From Candidatus Omnitrophota bacterium (GTDB lineage Bacteria > Hinthialibacterota > Hinthialibacteria > Hinthialibacterales > Hinthialibacteraceae): DNA of 64,000 bases. Where the stretch lies: the NCBI GenBank assembly GCA_016934335.1, contig JAFGTC010000035.1:208-64207 (forward strand), in the 5' to 3' direction. The position numbers and the translations under genes are program-made. Positions 48,546 through 57,241 of the stretch are shown here, one piece after another. Below the pieces are notes generated by a model. That model worked only from the letters and a program-made list of their open reading frames with translations. It had not been told where the DNA came from and did no database searches. The first letter of the stretch is position 1, and every line of letters starts with the position of its first letter.

Positions 48546-48580
48546 TCAACTAAACACTATTCACTACCCACTACTCACTG
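48546..48580 (-). repeat. Five tandem heptads (minus-strand RNA CAGUGAG UAGUGGG UAGUGAA UAGUGUU UAGUUGA) spanning the stop codon of the glycosyltransferase gene
   Basis: Plus-strand heptads TCAACTA AACACTA TTCACTA CCCACTA CTCACTG. CTA at 48564-48566 is the annotated stop. Confidence 0.85.
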
Positions 48581-49649
48581 TTTTAAAGTACCATGCCTCC
48601 AACTTCTGCATTTCTTTTTCGCGGTCGCCCCGCTCCTCCGCAATGCGGCGATTGATGCGCCCCCACTCGGCGATGCGCGCCGAGTCGCGAGCGATTTCTA
48701 TCATGGCCGCTGCTAGACGATCTTCATCGCCGGGCGCCGAAAACAACCCGTTTCGGCCTTCTTCGATCCATTCATGATTGGCGGGCAAATCGGAAACGAT
48801 GACGGCCAATCGCGCCGCAAACGCCTCCAATAAGGAAAGAGCGGTGCTGTCGCTGGATGGGACGGAAAGAAAGACGTCGGACGAAAGCAAAGCGTCTATC
48901 AACTTATCTTGAGACAGCCAGCCGGTAAACAAAACATGATCGCCTACATCGAGTTCGCCGGTAAGTTCCTCGAGTTTTTGTTTGTCGGCGTCATCGCCGA
49001 CCAGGATCAAGCGGCTGGAGGGCAGATGAGAAAGCGCTTTCTTGAACGCCCGGATGATGACATCGATGTTATAAACGGCGCGAAGTCGGCGCGTGCTGAT
49101 AAAAACAAGATCGCGGCCGCCGCGAATCCAACGGCGATATTCGTCGTCCGGCTCATGCTGAAATTGCGCAAAATCGATGCCCCACTGAAACAGCCGCACA
49201 TCGATTTTTTCGCCGGACAGTTCTCTCGCTTTACGGCAAAGCGCCTCGGCGTCGCCGGTGATGAAATCGGCTTTTCTCAGCGCATGCGATACGGCAAATC
49301 GCACGAGAGGATTTTGATCGGCCAGGATGTTCAAATCCGAACCCCAGGCGGTCAACACTAGCGGCGTGAATCCGCTCAAGGCGCCCCAGTAGCCGTAGCC
49401 GGTTACATTATGAGCATGCACCACATCCGGCGCCCATCGTTGAATCCAGCGCCGAACCTGGAGCGCCGCATAAAGATGACGCAGCGGCCCCCAGCCATGC
49501 CGCGGCGCAATGACTTGCATAACCTGCGTAAAAGGAAACGAGCCGGGATCATCGGTTAAAAAGAGGATCTCATGGCCTCTCCGCAGAAACCATTCCACCA
49601 TGAAATGGTTGTGCACCGATCCGCCGTCGCCGAGATAACATATTTTCAT
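48564..49649 (-). CDS. Glycosyltransferase family 4-like (GT-B fold)
   Basis: N-terminal MKICYLGDGGSVH. C-terminal donor-binding region ...PSSDSTALSLLEAFAARLAVIVSDL..NHEWIEEGRNG, an E-x7-E-like motif. Confidence 0.75.
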   Translation of the reverse strand: MKICYLGDGGSVHNHFMVEWFLRRGHEILFLTDDPGSFPFTQVMQVIAPRHGWGPLRHLYAALQVRRWIQRWAPDVVHAHNVTGYGYWGALSGFTPLVLTAWGSDLNILADQNPLVRFAVSHALRKADFITGDAEALCRKARELSGEKIDVRLFQWGIDFAQFQHEPDDEYRRWIRGGRDLVFISTRRLRAVYNIDVIIRAFKKALSHLPSSRLILVGDDADKQKLEELTGELDVGDHVLFTGWLSQDKLIDALLSSDVFLSVPSSDSTALSLLEAFAARLAVIVSDLPANHEWIEEGRNGLFSAPGDEDRLAAAMIEIARDSARIAEWGRINRRIAEERGDREKEMQKLEAWYFKTVSSG

Positions 49650-49759
49650 GATTCAGCACTCAATAAAACGATCCACCTCCATCAGGATAAAAAATGGAAA
49701 TGGCGGCTCTCGCAATGATCATTCTGCCGCGTTTTTCCGCATTCGCATGGGAGGATCGT

Positions 49760-52282
49760 CTAGTTTTTCCAAACAAATTCACCGGACTCGACGCTCCAAT
49801 CCAGCCCGAAAAAGCCGGCGGCGCGCACGCCTTCGCTTCCATGGGTCAAAGCGTCAGATCCCATCACGATGCAATCGGGATAGCCGACCCCCGAAACGAA
49901 ATAGGGTAGCCGATCGGTCAAGCGCATGCCCTTTAATCCGTTGCCGGATACAACGGCGACAGAAGCGAAATCGCTGCCGGGACGCGGACGGACAAACAAA
50001 CAGCACAGATCTTCGCCGTTCAAAACCCGGCCGCCCAACTGAATTGCGCCCTTTCGCACTTGGACGGGACTTTCCGCCAAAAGCGAACTCCAAGCGCCGT
50101 TCGCATCGGCGCCGCCATATAAAATGATGTTACGATCCGGATAGCGGTCGGCCTCAAATTCGGCATCGGGAATCACATCGATCGATCCATTGCCCCTATA
50201 CCAGAATTCTTCCGCATCCAGACGCGCTTTGGCCAGCGCCCAAGCATTTTCTTCCGGATCGCCCTGCGTCCCGTACACAAAGACCATCCGATGGCGGAAG
50301 GCTTGCTTGAACGGCCCGTAACGATGCGGGCCTTTCTGCCATGAATCGGGTCGGTCGGCGACAGTCCAACGATCTTCCTCCCGCTTCAGATGCAGCACAG
50401 GATCCTCGGCGGAACAAACAATGCCGCTGATCACATCGCCGTCCAATTCGACTTGCAGCGCGGCGTTCTTATCAACATGATTCAAATCCAGAGCCAGCCA
50501 GGCGACATTTTCTGTATTTCCGACAAAGCGTCGCATCCCCGGATCGAAGTGAACATGAACCGTACTGGTTTGCAAAGGATGAATTTGCGCCAGAATAGTC
50601 AGCCAATGACTGCGGCTCGATACGCCGGGATTGGCCGTAGAAAATTCGATCTCGCGAATTTCACAATCGCGTGGAATCCGATGGCGAGCGAAGAAATCGA
50701 ACATTGGCCTCCAATCGACGCAATCGGCGCCCGGTTCGTCGGAGCGATCCCACCAATGGCCCGCGCCGGGCTCTTCATGTCCATCGAGATCTCGATGAAA
50801 GGCTTGGAGATGCTCCCGCATGTCGCGCGCCTCCGATACAGGAACATTGTCGTCGGCGTCGCCGTGGAGAATATACACGCCATGGTGCAGATAGTTGCGC
50901 GACAGGCGGAGCGTATCGCTGGCCGCCGCCGCGCGCAGAAGAAAATCATCCATGATAGTGGGTTCTTCACTGCCGCGCCGGATTACATACGACCAGAAAC
51001 TGATCCATCCCGCGCTGGGACCGATAGCGGCGAAACGATCCGGAAACTGCGCGCCGATCTGCCAGGCGCCATGCCCGCCCATGGAATGGCCGGTCAAATA
51101 CGTGCGCTGCGGATCCGTGCGCAGCGCTTCCTGCGCGCGATTCAACACTTCCATGGCGTCCATGCGCCCCCAATCCTCCCAGTCGAAGCCATAAGGGCGG
51201 CGGTTTGTAGGCGCAACGATATGCCCCCATGATTTTCGCGAATAGGCGTCCGCTTGACCGATCGCTTCGACGCTGGCGCCATGCAGCGTTAAAAAAAGCG
51301 CGGGCGGACTTTGCGCATCATCCGGCAAGATGGCGGGCTGCAGCGCATAGTACTGAACGCTGCCGTCTATATCGCTGATAAACGTACGTTTTTGACTCTG
51401 ATCGGAGCGCCGTACTCGCAGTTCGATCGAAGCGCCGTCGATCGTCTCAAAACGATCGCTTGTCTCGCGAATCAACTTAACGTTGACGATAGTTTCACTC
51501 TCCTCTGCAGGCGCTTCCCCCCGCAAACGAAAAGCGGTTTTACGAATAGAATAAGGCAGAATATCGAAAACAGCCGTGACGGTGGGATCGATCTCATTTC
51601 CCGACGCCCGGATCGACAAACCTTTTAAGGTTTTGGAAGACGCATTCACGACAAGCATCGCTGCCCACGCATCCGTCGTTTCTCCAACAACCAAATCCGG
51701 CAGCGTATTGTCTCTTTGACTCAACAAAACAGGCGAATGCGGCGTAACCAGTTTCGCCTTCAACCGTCCTCGGCTGCATAAAAAAAGAAAATCGTTTCGC
51801 CCCGCGCGAAGCGGAACGGGCAGCAGCGTCATTCCCGAACCATAGCGGTCGCCGGTGCGTAAAACGCCGTTCACATAAACCTGATTGTGCCCCGATGCAT
51901 CCAGCAGCATCACTCGGTCGCAATCCGATTGATAGGACATATAGGCATATCCGCCTCTTCGCAAAGCGCGATCTTGGAACCAGCCGTCCTCGCCCGCCTG
52001 GAGAGATGTCCAGGCCGACTCGGCGCCGCCCAATCCCAAAATGGTTTGCCCTTCCCGGGGCGGCGTCCATTGCCCGGAAATGAGTTGCTCTTCGATTACG
52101 TCTTTATGCAGAGGCGTACGGCCCGATTCGACGACGCGGCCGACTACCAGACAATGATCGAACGACGCTTCATCGGGCGCATTTTGCGCATCCCCCCAAG
52201 ACGCCGGCGCACTAATCCCTATAAGCAAAAAAGCAGTAAAAAGAAAAACTCGACAATTGGAAAATTTTTTTACATCATCCAT
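49760..52282 (-). CDS. Large secreted alpha/beta-hydrolase (esterase/peptidase S9-like core) with N- and C-terminal accessory domains
   Basis: Nucleophile elbow TYLTGHSMGGHGAW. HGDADDNVPV acid/His region. Signal peptide when starting at M8 (52282); the ORF track gives 52303. Confidence 0.55.
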   Translation of the reverse strand: MDDVKKFSNCRVFLFTAFLLIGISAPASWGDAQNAPDEASFDHCLVVGRVVESGRTPLHKDVIEEQLISGQWTPPREGQTILGLGGAESAWTSLQAGEDGWFQDRALRRGGYAYMSYQSDCDRVMLLDASGHNQVYVNGVLRTGDRYGSGMTLLPVPLRAGRNDFLFLCSRGRLKAKLVTPHSPVLLSQRDNTLPDLVVGETTDAWAAMLVVNASSKTLKGLSIRASGNEIDPTVTAVFDILPYSIRKTAFRLRGEAPAEESETIVNVKLIRETSDRFETIDGASIELRVRRSDQSQKRTFISDIDGSVQYYALQPAILPDDAQSPPALFLTLHGASVEAIGQADAYSRKSWGHIVAPTNRRPYGFDWEDWGRMDAMEVLNRAQEALRTDPQRTYLTGHSMGGHGAWQIGAQFPDRFAAIGPSAGWISFWSYVIRRGSEEPTIMDDFLLRAAAASDTLRLSRNYLHHGVYILHGDADDNVPVSEARDMREHLQAFHRDLDGHEEPGAGHWWDRSDEPGADCVDWRPMFDFFARHRIPRDCEIREIEFSTANPGVSSRSHWLTILAQIHPLQTSTVHVHFDPGMRRFVGNTENVAWLALDLNHVDKNAALQVELDGDVISGIVCSAEDPVLHLKREEDRWTVADRPDSWQKGPHRYGPFKQAFRHRMVFVYGTQGDPEENAWALAKARLDAEEFWYRGNGSIDVIPDAEFEADRYPDRNIILYGGADANGAWSSLLAESPVQVRKGAIQLGGRVLNGEDLCCLFVRPRPGSDFASVAVVSGNGLKGMRLTDRLPYFVSGVGYPDCIVMGSDALTHGSEGVRAAGFFGLDWSVESGEFVWKN

Positions 52283-52496
52283 CCCACAAAAAAAAATTCG
52301 CATGCGGAAATCCTTTCGATTAATGTGATCCTTTTGTCTGTGGATTTTTCTATTATCATACCGATTATGTCACAAGATTCTGATTTGCTGAAACCGGATG
52401 AATCAAAATCTTTCTCTTTTCAACACATCTCAGGTCTTCTCTTGGGATTTGGAATAAAAAAAACACCATGGGAAATTAGGAGAGAAAAAAAACATC

Positions 52497-53093
52497 ATGA
52501 GAGCATCAAGGAATGAACGCCAAGGTTTCACACTGATTGAACTGCTGATCGTCGTCGCCATCATCGGAATACTCGCCGCCATCGCCGTGCCCAATTTTCT
52601 TAATGCGCAAGTCCGCGCTAAAATCGCTCGCACCGAAGCCGATATGCGCAGCATCAGCACCGCGCTGGAAAGCTACCGGATTGACAGCGGCATCTATCCC
52701 CAATGGGCGGACGCCAACGGCGCAGCCAAGAATCCCGTCAACCGGCGCCTGATTGGACTGACAACGCCGGTCGCCTATATGTCTTCCGTTCCCAAAGATC
52801 ATTTTCTCTGGGGCGCGGCCGGACAACGCATAAACGACACCCAGCATGAAGCCTACGTAACCTACGATTATGTCGACGCCAGGTCCACCGTAAAATACGT
52901 GGGAGCGACAACCCTGGACGTATCTTTCCGCTGCGCAGAATGGCGTCTTGCCAGCGCCGGACCGGACGCCACGATGACCTATGGAGCGGTTCACTCGTTT
53001 GACGCCACCAACGGCCTGAACAGCAGCGGCGACATCGTGCGGACAGGGCCGCGTTCTTCCTACCCTTGCGATGGTTCGTTAGTCGGTAAATAA
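52497..53093 (+). CDS. GspG-like pseudopilin (paralog 3)
   Basis: MRASRNERQG|FTLIELLIVVAIIGILAAIAVPNFLNAQVRAKIA. LTTPVAYMSSVPKDHF. FDATNGLNSSGDIVRTG. Confidence 0.8.
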   Translation: MRASRNERQGFTLIELLIVVAIIGILAAIAVPNFLNAQVRAKIARTEADMRSISTALESYRIDSGIYPQWADANGAAKNPVNRRLIGLTTPVAYMSSVPKDHFLWGAAGQRINDTQHEAYVTYDYVDARSTVKYVGATTLDVSFRCAEWRLASAGPDATMTYGAVHSFDATNGLNSSGDIVRTGPRSSYPCDGSLVGK

Positions 53094-53235
53094 ATCGCCG
53101 GGCTCATCTCACCCGAATCGGCCGGAATTGAATAGAAAATCATACACGGGGGAGAGGCTGCGCCTCTCTCCCGCCAGTTGCTAAAAACTATTGGCAGAAC
53201 AGCCTCATTCGACTTTTTCTATTCATCTCCCTCCC

Positions 53236-53273
53236 AAAGAAAAGAGGATGGAGAGCGTGAACACTCCATCCTC
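53236..53273 (-). terminator. Rho-independent terminator of the 960-aa gene
   Basis: 10-bp stem GAGGATGGAG (53244-53253) / CTCCATCCTC (53264-53273), followed on the minus strand by UUUUCUUU. Confidence 0.6.
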
Positions 53274-53308
53274 GCAAGTCTTCTTTTATTACTTATTCTA
53301 CACGATTA

Positions 53309-56191
53309 TTAGTACAAATACCAATCCAGAACCGGCACGGCGCCATCGGCATACAAACTAAAGTTGTCGATGGCCCAGAATCCTTCGCTTTCGCCCGGAT
53401 CGGCGCCGGCGGCGTTAAAGCGAATCTTCACATCGCCCTGACCGGCGGCTTGTGGAACTTCAAATAAATAATGATCGAATTGAGCGTCTTCTTCGGAATC
53501 GTTCAACGCCATGCGATATGAGAAGATCGGCGTAAAGGCGGCGCCGCCGTCAATGCTGACTTCGATTGAGTAGGCGGAGCTGCTGTTGCCCGGCAGGCAT
53601 TCAGAATCGACGCCCACGACCAAACGGCTGCATGCACTGCAATCAAAAGAAGGACTCGTCAAAGTCGCCGAAGCGCCTTCTTCCTCGCCTTCCGCCCAAA
53701 TGGCATATCCTTGACCGGCAAGGTTATTCAAAGTACGGCCGTCGAAATCGCTTGGACCGTTGCCCGAGATCACGCTGTCAACCATCCGACTTTCAGGAGG
53801 TCGAGTCGCCCACGCCTGGGTTCCGCTGGGAGTATTTTCCCAATCGGCTGGGATGCCGCCCTCAAAACCTTCTGTCAGAATCAACGACAAACCGGCTGTT
53901 GGAGAGATATCATCGACGACGATATCATCGATGGCGATCCACCAATCGTCATTCGGCTCGTAATGGCGGAAACGAACCTTCACATCCGGGCTGCCAGCGG
54001 CGTCGGGAAGCAGAATGTTGACGGGGCCGTACAAGCCGCCGGTCTGCTGCTGATCCGTAAATCCAGCCTGCGGCAAAGGTTCGACGCTTCGCAGAGGAGC
54101 GATGCAGCGATATTGATTGACGAATGTTGCGCCTCCATCGGTGGAGACGTCAATATCGAAGACCGCCTCGCCATTATTGTTCAGTACGGCGGAAACATTC
54201 ATGTGCAGCCAAACCTCGGATGCTCCTTCCGCACTGAAACTGGGCGTGATCGCATCGTGTGAGCCTCCGGCGCCCGGCGTGTTGCTTCCGCCGCCGGCAT
54301 CCGAATCTGAAATCAAGAATTCTCCCGTTGTAGGCGAGCCGTCTGCGGAAGGCGGATTCGCTCTATCCGTTGTAGTCGTCCAAAGCGTGCCTGTTTCTTC
54401 CGCCGTTGGCGTATCCTCAAAGACCCAGCCTTCAAAAACTAAATCGCCATCGCTTTTGCCGTCGAAATTCTCGCTGAAAGGCAGCGCCGGATTTCCCTCC
54501 GCCCCTTCAACCGCGAGATAAATGTTATCGATCGCCCACCACCAGTCGTTGCCGGCGTCGAACATCCCCCAGGTCAAAGTCAGCTCCGAAGCGCCGTCCG
54601 GAATGGGAATCGTAAACATAAGCGCTTCATTATGAGCATCGTCGTGGAAATTCGGATCTTCTACAGGGAGAGAAACCCAGTAAAGCAGTTCGATAGGATC
54701 CCCACCGTCAAAAGAAGCAGTAAGATTCACTTTTTGATTGTCTTCATCACGCCAGCTGGAATTAAACGCCAGTGTGACAGTATCCGTATCGTAGTCAGCT
54801 AATGAGATAGGAGGCGTGCTAAGGTAACTATTATAAGTTCCGACATCGTGACCTGTATCATCCCATTCATCCGGATCAACGATTGCGACAACGCCGATTC
54901 CGTTTATGAATAAAGATCGCTCCTGATCTCCCGCAGCGGCAATCCAGGCATCTTTATCCGCAAAAGCCCAGCCCTGCCATTCAGGCTGCCCATCAGCCGG
55001 CAGTTTCGAGTTATCGATGGTCCAACCTTCGGGAGGAATATTGGTCCAATCGGTCCCGTCGCCGCCGCTTTCAGAGGGGAATGGCTCCAAGGTCAAACCT
55101 TCGAAATCTTCCTTGAAAATGACTTGCAAACCGGCCAGCATGCCCGGAACGGTTTTGGAAGCCACTTCTGAAAATTCTGATCGGGCGCCGTCTGCATCGA
55201 CATACTGCACTCGCGCATACACCTTTACGCTCGATCCAATCGGCAGATTTTCTTTGGGAATGGTAATTTGAGTCAGATCGGTCTCTAATTCTCCGGGACT
55301 GAAAAATACTTTTGTAAAATCAGGATCCAAAGCCGCTTCCCATAGCGTTTTGGCATGAGCAGAATCCAAGGGACTATTAAAATCAGAAGCCTTCAACAAA
55401 AGATCGGAGTATCCAACCGGCTCAACCGTGGTAATTTCGAGCGTCGGCGTATCCGGAGGCGCGATGTCCGCCCCACGAACAACCAGATTATCGAAAGCCC
55501 AGTACCAATCATAATCATGAAAACCATCCTGGCTTTCATTTCCATAAAGACGAAAACGTAATCCTACTGTTGTTGCGCCTTCCGGTTTCATAACAGCGAA
55601 AATCTCATGTCCTATATAATTAGCGTCATCACTATGGTTTGAATTATCCCATATAAATACAGATTCATACGTGGCGCCCTCATCCCACGTTACTTCTAAA
55701 GAAGCAATTTGGTTGTCATTATGTTTGTAGTGACTGTCAAATTCGATAGTCACCGCCACCTGGTCACCGGCATCAACGATGGGACTATCCAACCAGGTTC
55801 GAGCGCCTCGGTCGCCGAACAAATCGGAATCGGCAATCATAATTCCATCAAAGAAGCCTTCGGGATTATTATCTCGATCGCCTCCTTGAATATCCCATTC
55901 AAAGTCAAACAATGCAATCCAACTGGGATAGGGGAAAAGATCGTTATACCCATCTTCTTCAGGTCGAAGTTGAGCGGTGATCGTCCAACCTTCGGGTACA
56001 ATAGTCATGAATTCTCCCGCGGATATAGGCTGCCCTGTTTCGTGATCGATTACATCAGTCAGGGCGCCCGCCGCAGCATCATCAAAATTCTCTTCCAATA
56101 GCACTTGAGCAGAGACGGCCATCGGCAAAAGAATGATCGCGGTTACACAATAAAAAAGTGTTGTTTTTCTCATAACATTCCTTTCCTTCAT
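53309..56191 (-). CDS. 960-aa secreted protein built of four MAM/'choice-of-anchor J'-like beta-sandwich modules plus one Ig-like spacer
   Basis: Signal peptide. Four modules each open with E-[NDG]-F-[DE]-[DG] (ENFDD, EDFEG, ENFDG, EGFEG) and close with W-x-A-[IF]-D-[ND] (WYWAFDN, WWWAIDN, WWIAIDD, FWAIDN). The start may be M7 at 56173. Confidence 0.6.
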   Translation of the reverse strand: MKERNVMRKTTLFYCVTAIILLPMAVSAQVLLEENFDDAAAGALTDVIDHETGQPISAGEFMTIVPEGWTITAQLRPEEDGYNDLFPYPSWIALFDFEWDIQGGDRDNNPEGFFDGIMIADSDLFGDRGARTWLDSPIVDAGDQVAVTIEFDSHYKHNDNQIASLEVTWDEGATYESVFIWDNSNHSDDANYIGHEIFAVMKPEGATTVGLRFRLYGNESQDGFHDYDWYWAFDNLVVRGADIAPPDTPTLEITTVEPVGYSDLLLKASDFNSPLDSAHAKTLWEAALDPDFTKVFFSPGELETDLTQITIPKENLPIGSSVKVYARVQYVDADGARSEFSEVASKTVPGMLAGLQVIFKEDFEGLTLEPFPSESGGDGTDWTNIPPEGWTIDNSKLPADGQPEWQGWAFADKDAWIAAAGDQERSLFINGIGVVAIVDPDEWDDTGHDVGTYNSYLSTPPISLADYDTDTVTLAFNSSWRDEDNQKVNLTASFDGGDPIELLYWVSLPVEDPNFHDDAHNEALMFTIPIPDGASELTLTWGMFDAGNDWWWAIDNIYLAVEGAEGNPALPFSENFDGKSDGDLVFEGWVFEDTPTAEETGTLWTTTTDRANPPSADGSPTTGEFLISDSDAGGGSNTPGAGGSHDAITPSFSAEGASEVWLHMNVSAVLNNNGEAVFDIDVSTDGGATFVNQYRCIAPLRSVEPLPQAGFTDQQQTGGLYGPVNILLPDAAGSPDVKVRFRHYEPNDDWWIAIDDIVVDDISPTAGLSLILTEGFEGGIPADWENTPSGTQAWATRPPESRMVDSVISGNGPSDFDGRTLNNLAGQGYAIWAEGEEEGASATLTSPSFDCSACSRLVVGVDSECLPGNSSSAYSIEVSIDGGAAFTPIFSYRMALNDSEEDAQFDHYLFEVPQAAGQGDVKIRFNAAGADPGESEGFWAIDNFSLYADGAVPVLDWYLY

Positions 56192-56316
56192 CGATTAATT
56201 AGATTTTTTACCAGAAACAATTTTTGGCACAACCATTCATTTTTTAAACTTTATATTCCGGGCGCACCTCCTTTTAAATTTAATTTTATGTCTGAAGTCA
56301 TTCTTTAAAAATTAAT

Positions 56317-56931
56317 TCACGGGCAAGCACTTCCCATTCGATCTCGCCCCCAATCCAAAATAATGCAGCCGGACATATAATCGCCGCCGAAGCGAAAGAT
56401 ATTCCCACTGGATTTCAAACCGTTGGTGATGTCAAAGCGATCCATATCCGTCCCAAAGGGGAAAGGATCGTGTGAGGAGTTATCGTCAATAAAATCAGGG
56501 CCGTAACTCATCAAACTATAGGCTTGCTTGCGATAGGCCCCTGTATTGTCCGCTCCGCTGCCCATTTCATAATCAGGCCGTCCCTGCGGAGCATAGGCAT
56601 TGCTGGATTGCGATAAATACATTCTCATTTTTCTTTCCACAAATGGATCGGACGGCAAGGACGCTATGTAAGAAATGGGCGTTGTGAGTTTAAACAGGCC
56701 ATTCTCGCCATTCATATAATTATCAAGATCGTGGTCGCCTGGATAACTGCCGTTATCCAGAAGATACATCTCCAACGACGACGACAACGCTTTCATATCG
56801 GATTCAACCTTGGCAATCTTGGCTCGCATCTGAGCATTTAAAAAGTTGGGAACGGCGATAGCCGCCAAAATCCCGATAATGGCTACCACGATTAATAACT
56901 CGATCAACGTAAAAGCAGAATTCCGTTTCAT
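56317..56931 (-). CDS. GspG-like pseudopilin (paralog 4)
   Basis: MKRNSA|FTLIELLIVVAIIGILAAIAVPNFLNAQMRAKIA. LTTPISYIASLPSDPF. FDITNGLKSSGNIFRFG. Confidence 0.8.
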   Translation of the reverse strand: MKRNSAFTLIELLIVVAIIGILAAIAVPNFLNAQMRAKIAKVESDMKALSSSLEMYLLDNGSYPGDHDLDNYMNGENGLFKLTTPISYIASLPSDPFVERKMRMYLSQSSNAYAPQGRPDYEMGSGADNTGAYRKQAYSLMSYGPDFIDDNSSHDPFPFGTDMDRFDITNGLKSSGNIFRFGGDYMSGCIILDWGRDRMGSACP

Positions 56932-57157
56932 AAATCTCCTTTTTGGCTCGCAATCGCTTGATTGCTTTATTTCTAAAGAAACTTTAGTACTCAGGAATTA
57001 CGATCATGTTAATAATCCATTCAAGTTCACTAACAATATTAAATTTGTACAATTATAATAAAATTCAACTAAAAAAATCGATCTATATGTTAAGCATAAA
57101 ATTTTACTTATAAAAGGTTCTTGAAAAAAAATACCGCTTTTTTATTGGCATGGGAAA

Positions 57158-57185
57158 GGGGGCGGCTAAAACATCAGCCGCCCCC
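57158..57185 (-). terminator. GC-rich hairpin downstream of the 581-aa gene (probable terminator)
   Basis: 10-bp stem GGGGGCGGCT / AGCCGCCCCC with an 8-nt loop. Only UUU follows on the minus strand. Confidence 0.4.
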
Positions 57186-57241
57186 CTTCACTGCATCATT
57201 ACCGCTTGGAGAACGCTCTTATCGCGGATCTGACGTAAAAA

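Noticed and set aside
47331-48580. The heptad arrays, considered as a miniature CRISPR-like or microsatellite locus.
   Set aside because: Each array has only five 7-nt units with no spacers and no cas genes. Their position exactly on stop codons argues for a transcript-level or translation-level role, which is reported as a finding.
56225-56240. Sigma-54-like element TGGCAC-N5-TTCAT.
   Set aside because: It lies on the plus strand, while both flanking genes are on the minus strand. The -12 box also deviates from TTGCW. It is most likely a chance match in AT-rich DNA.
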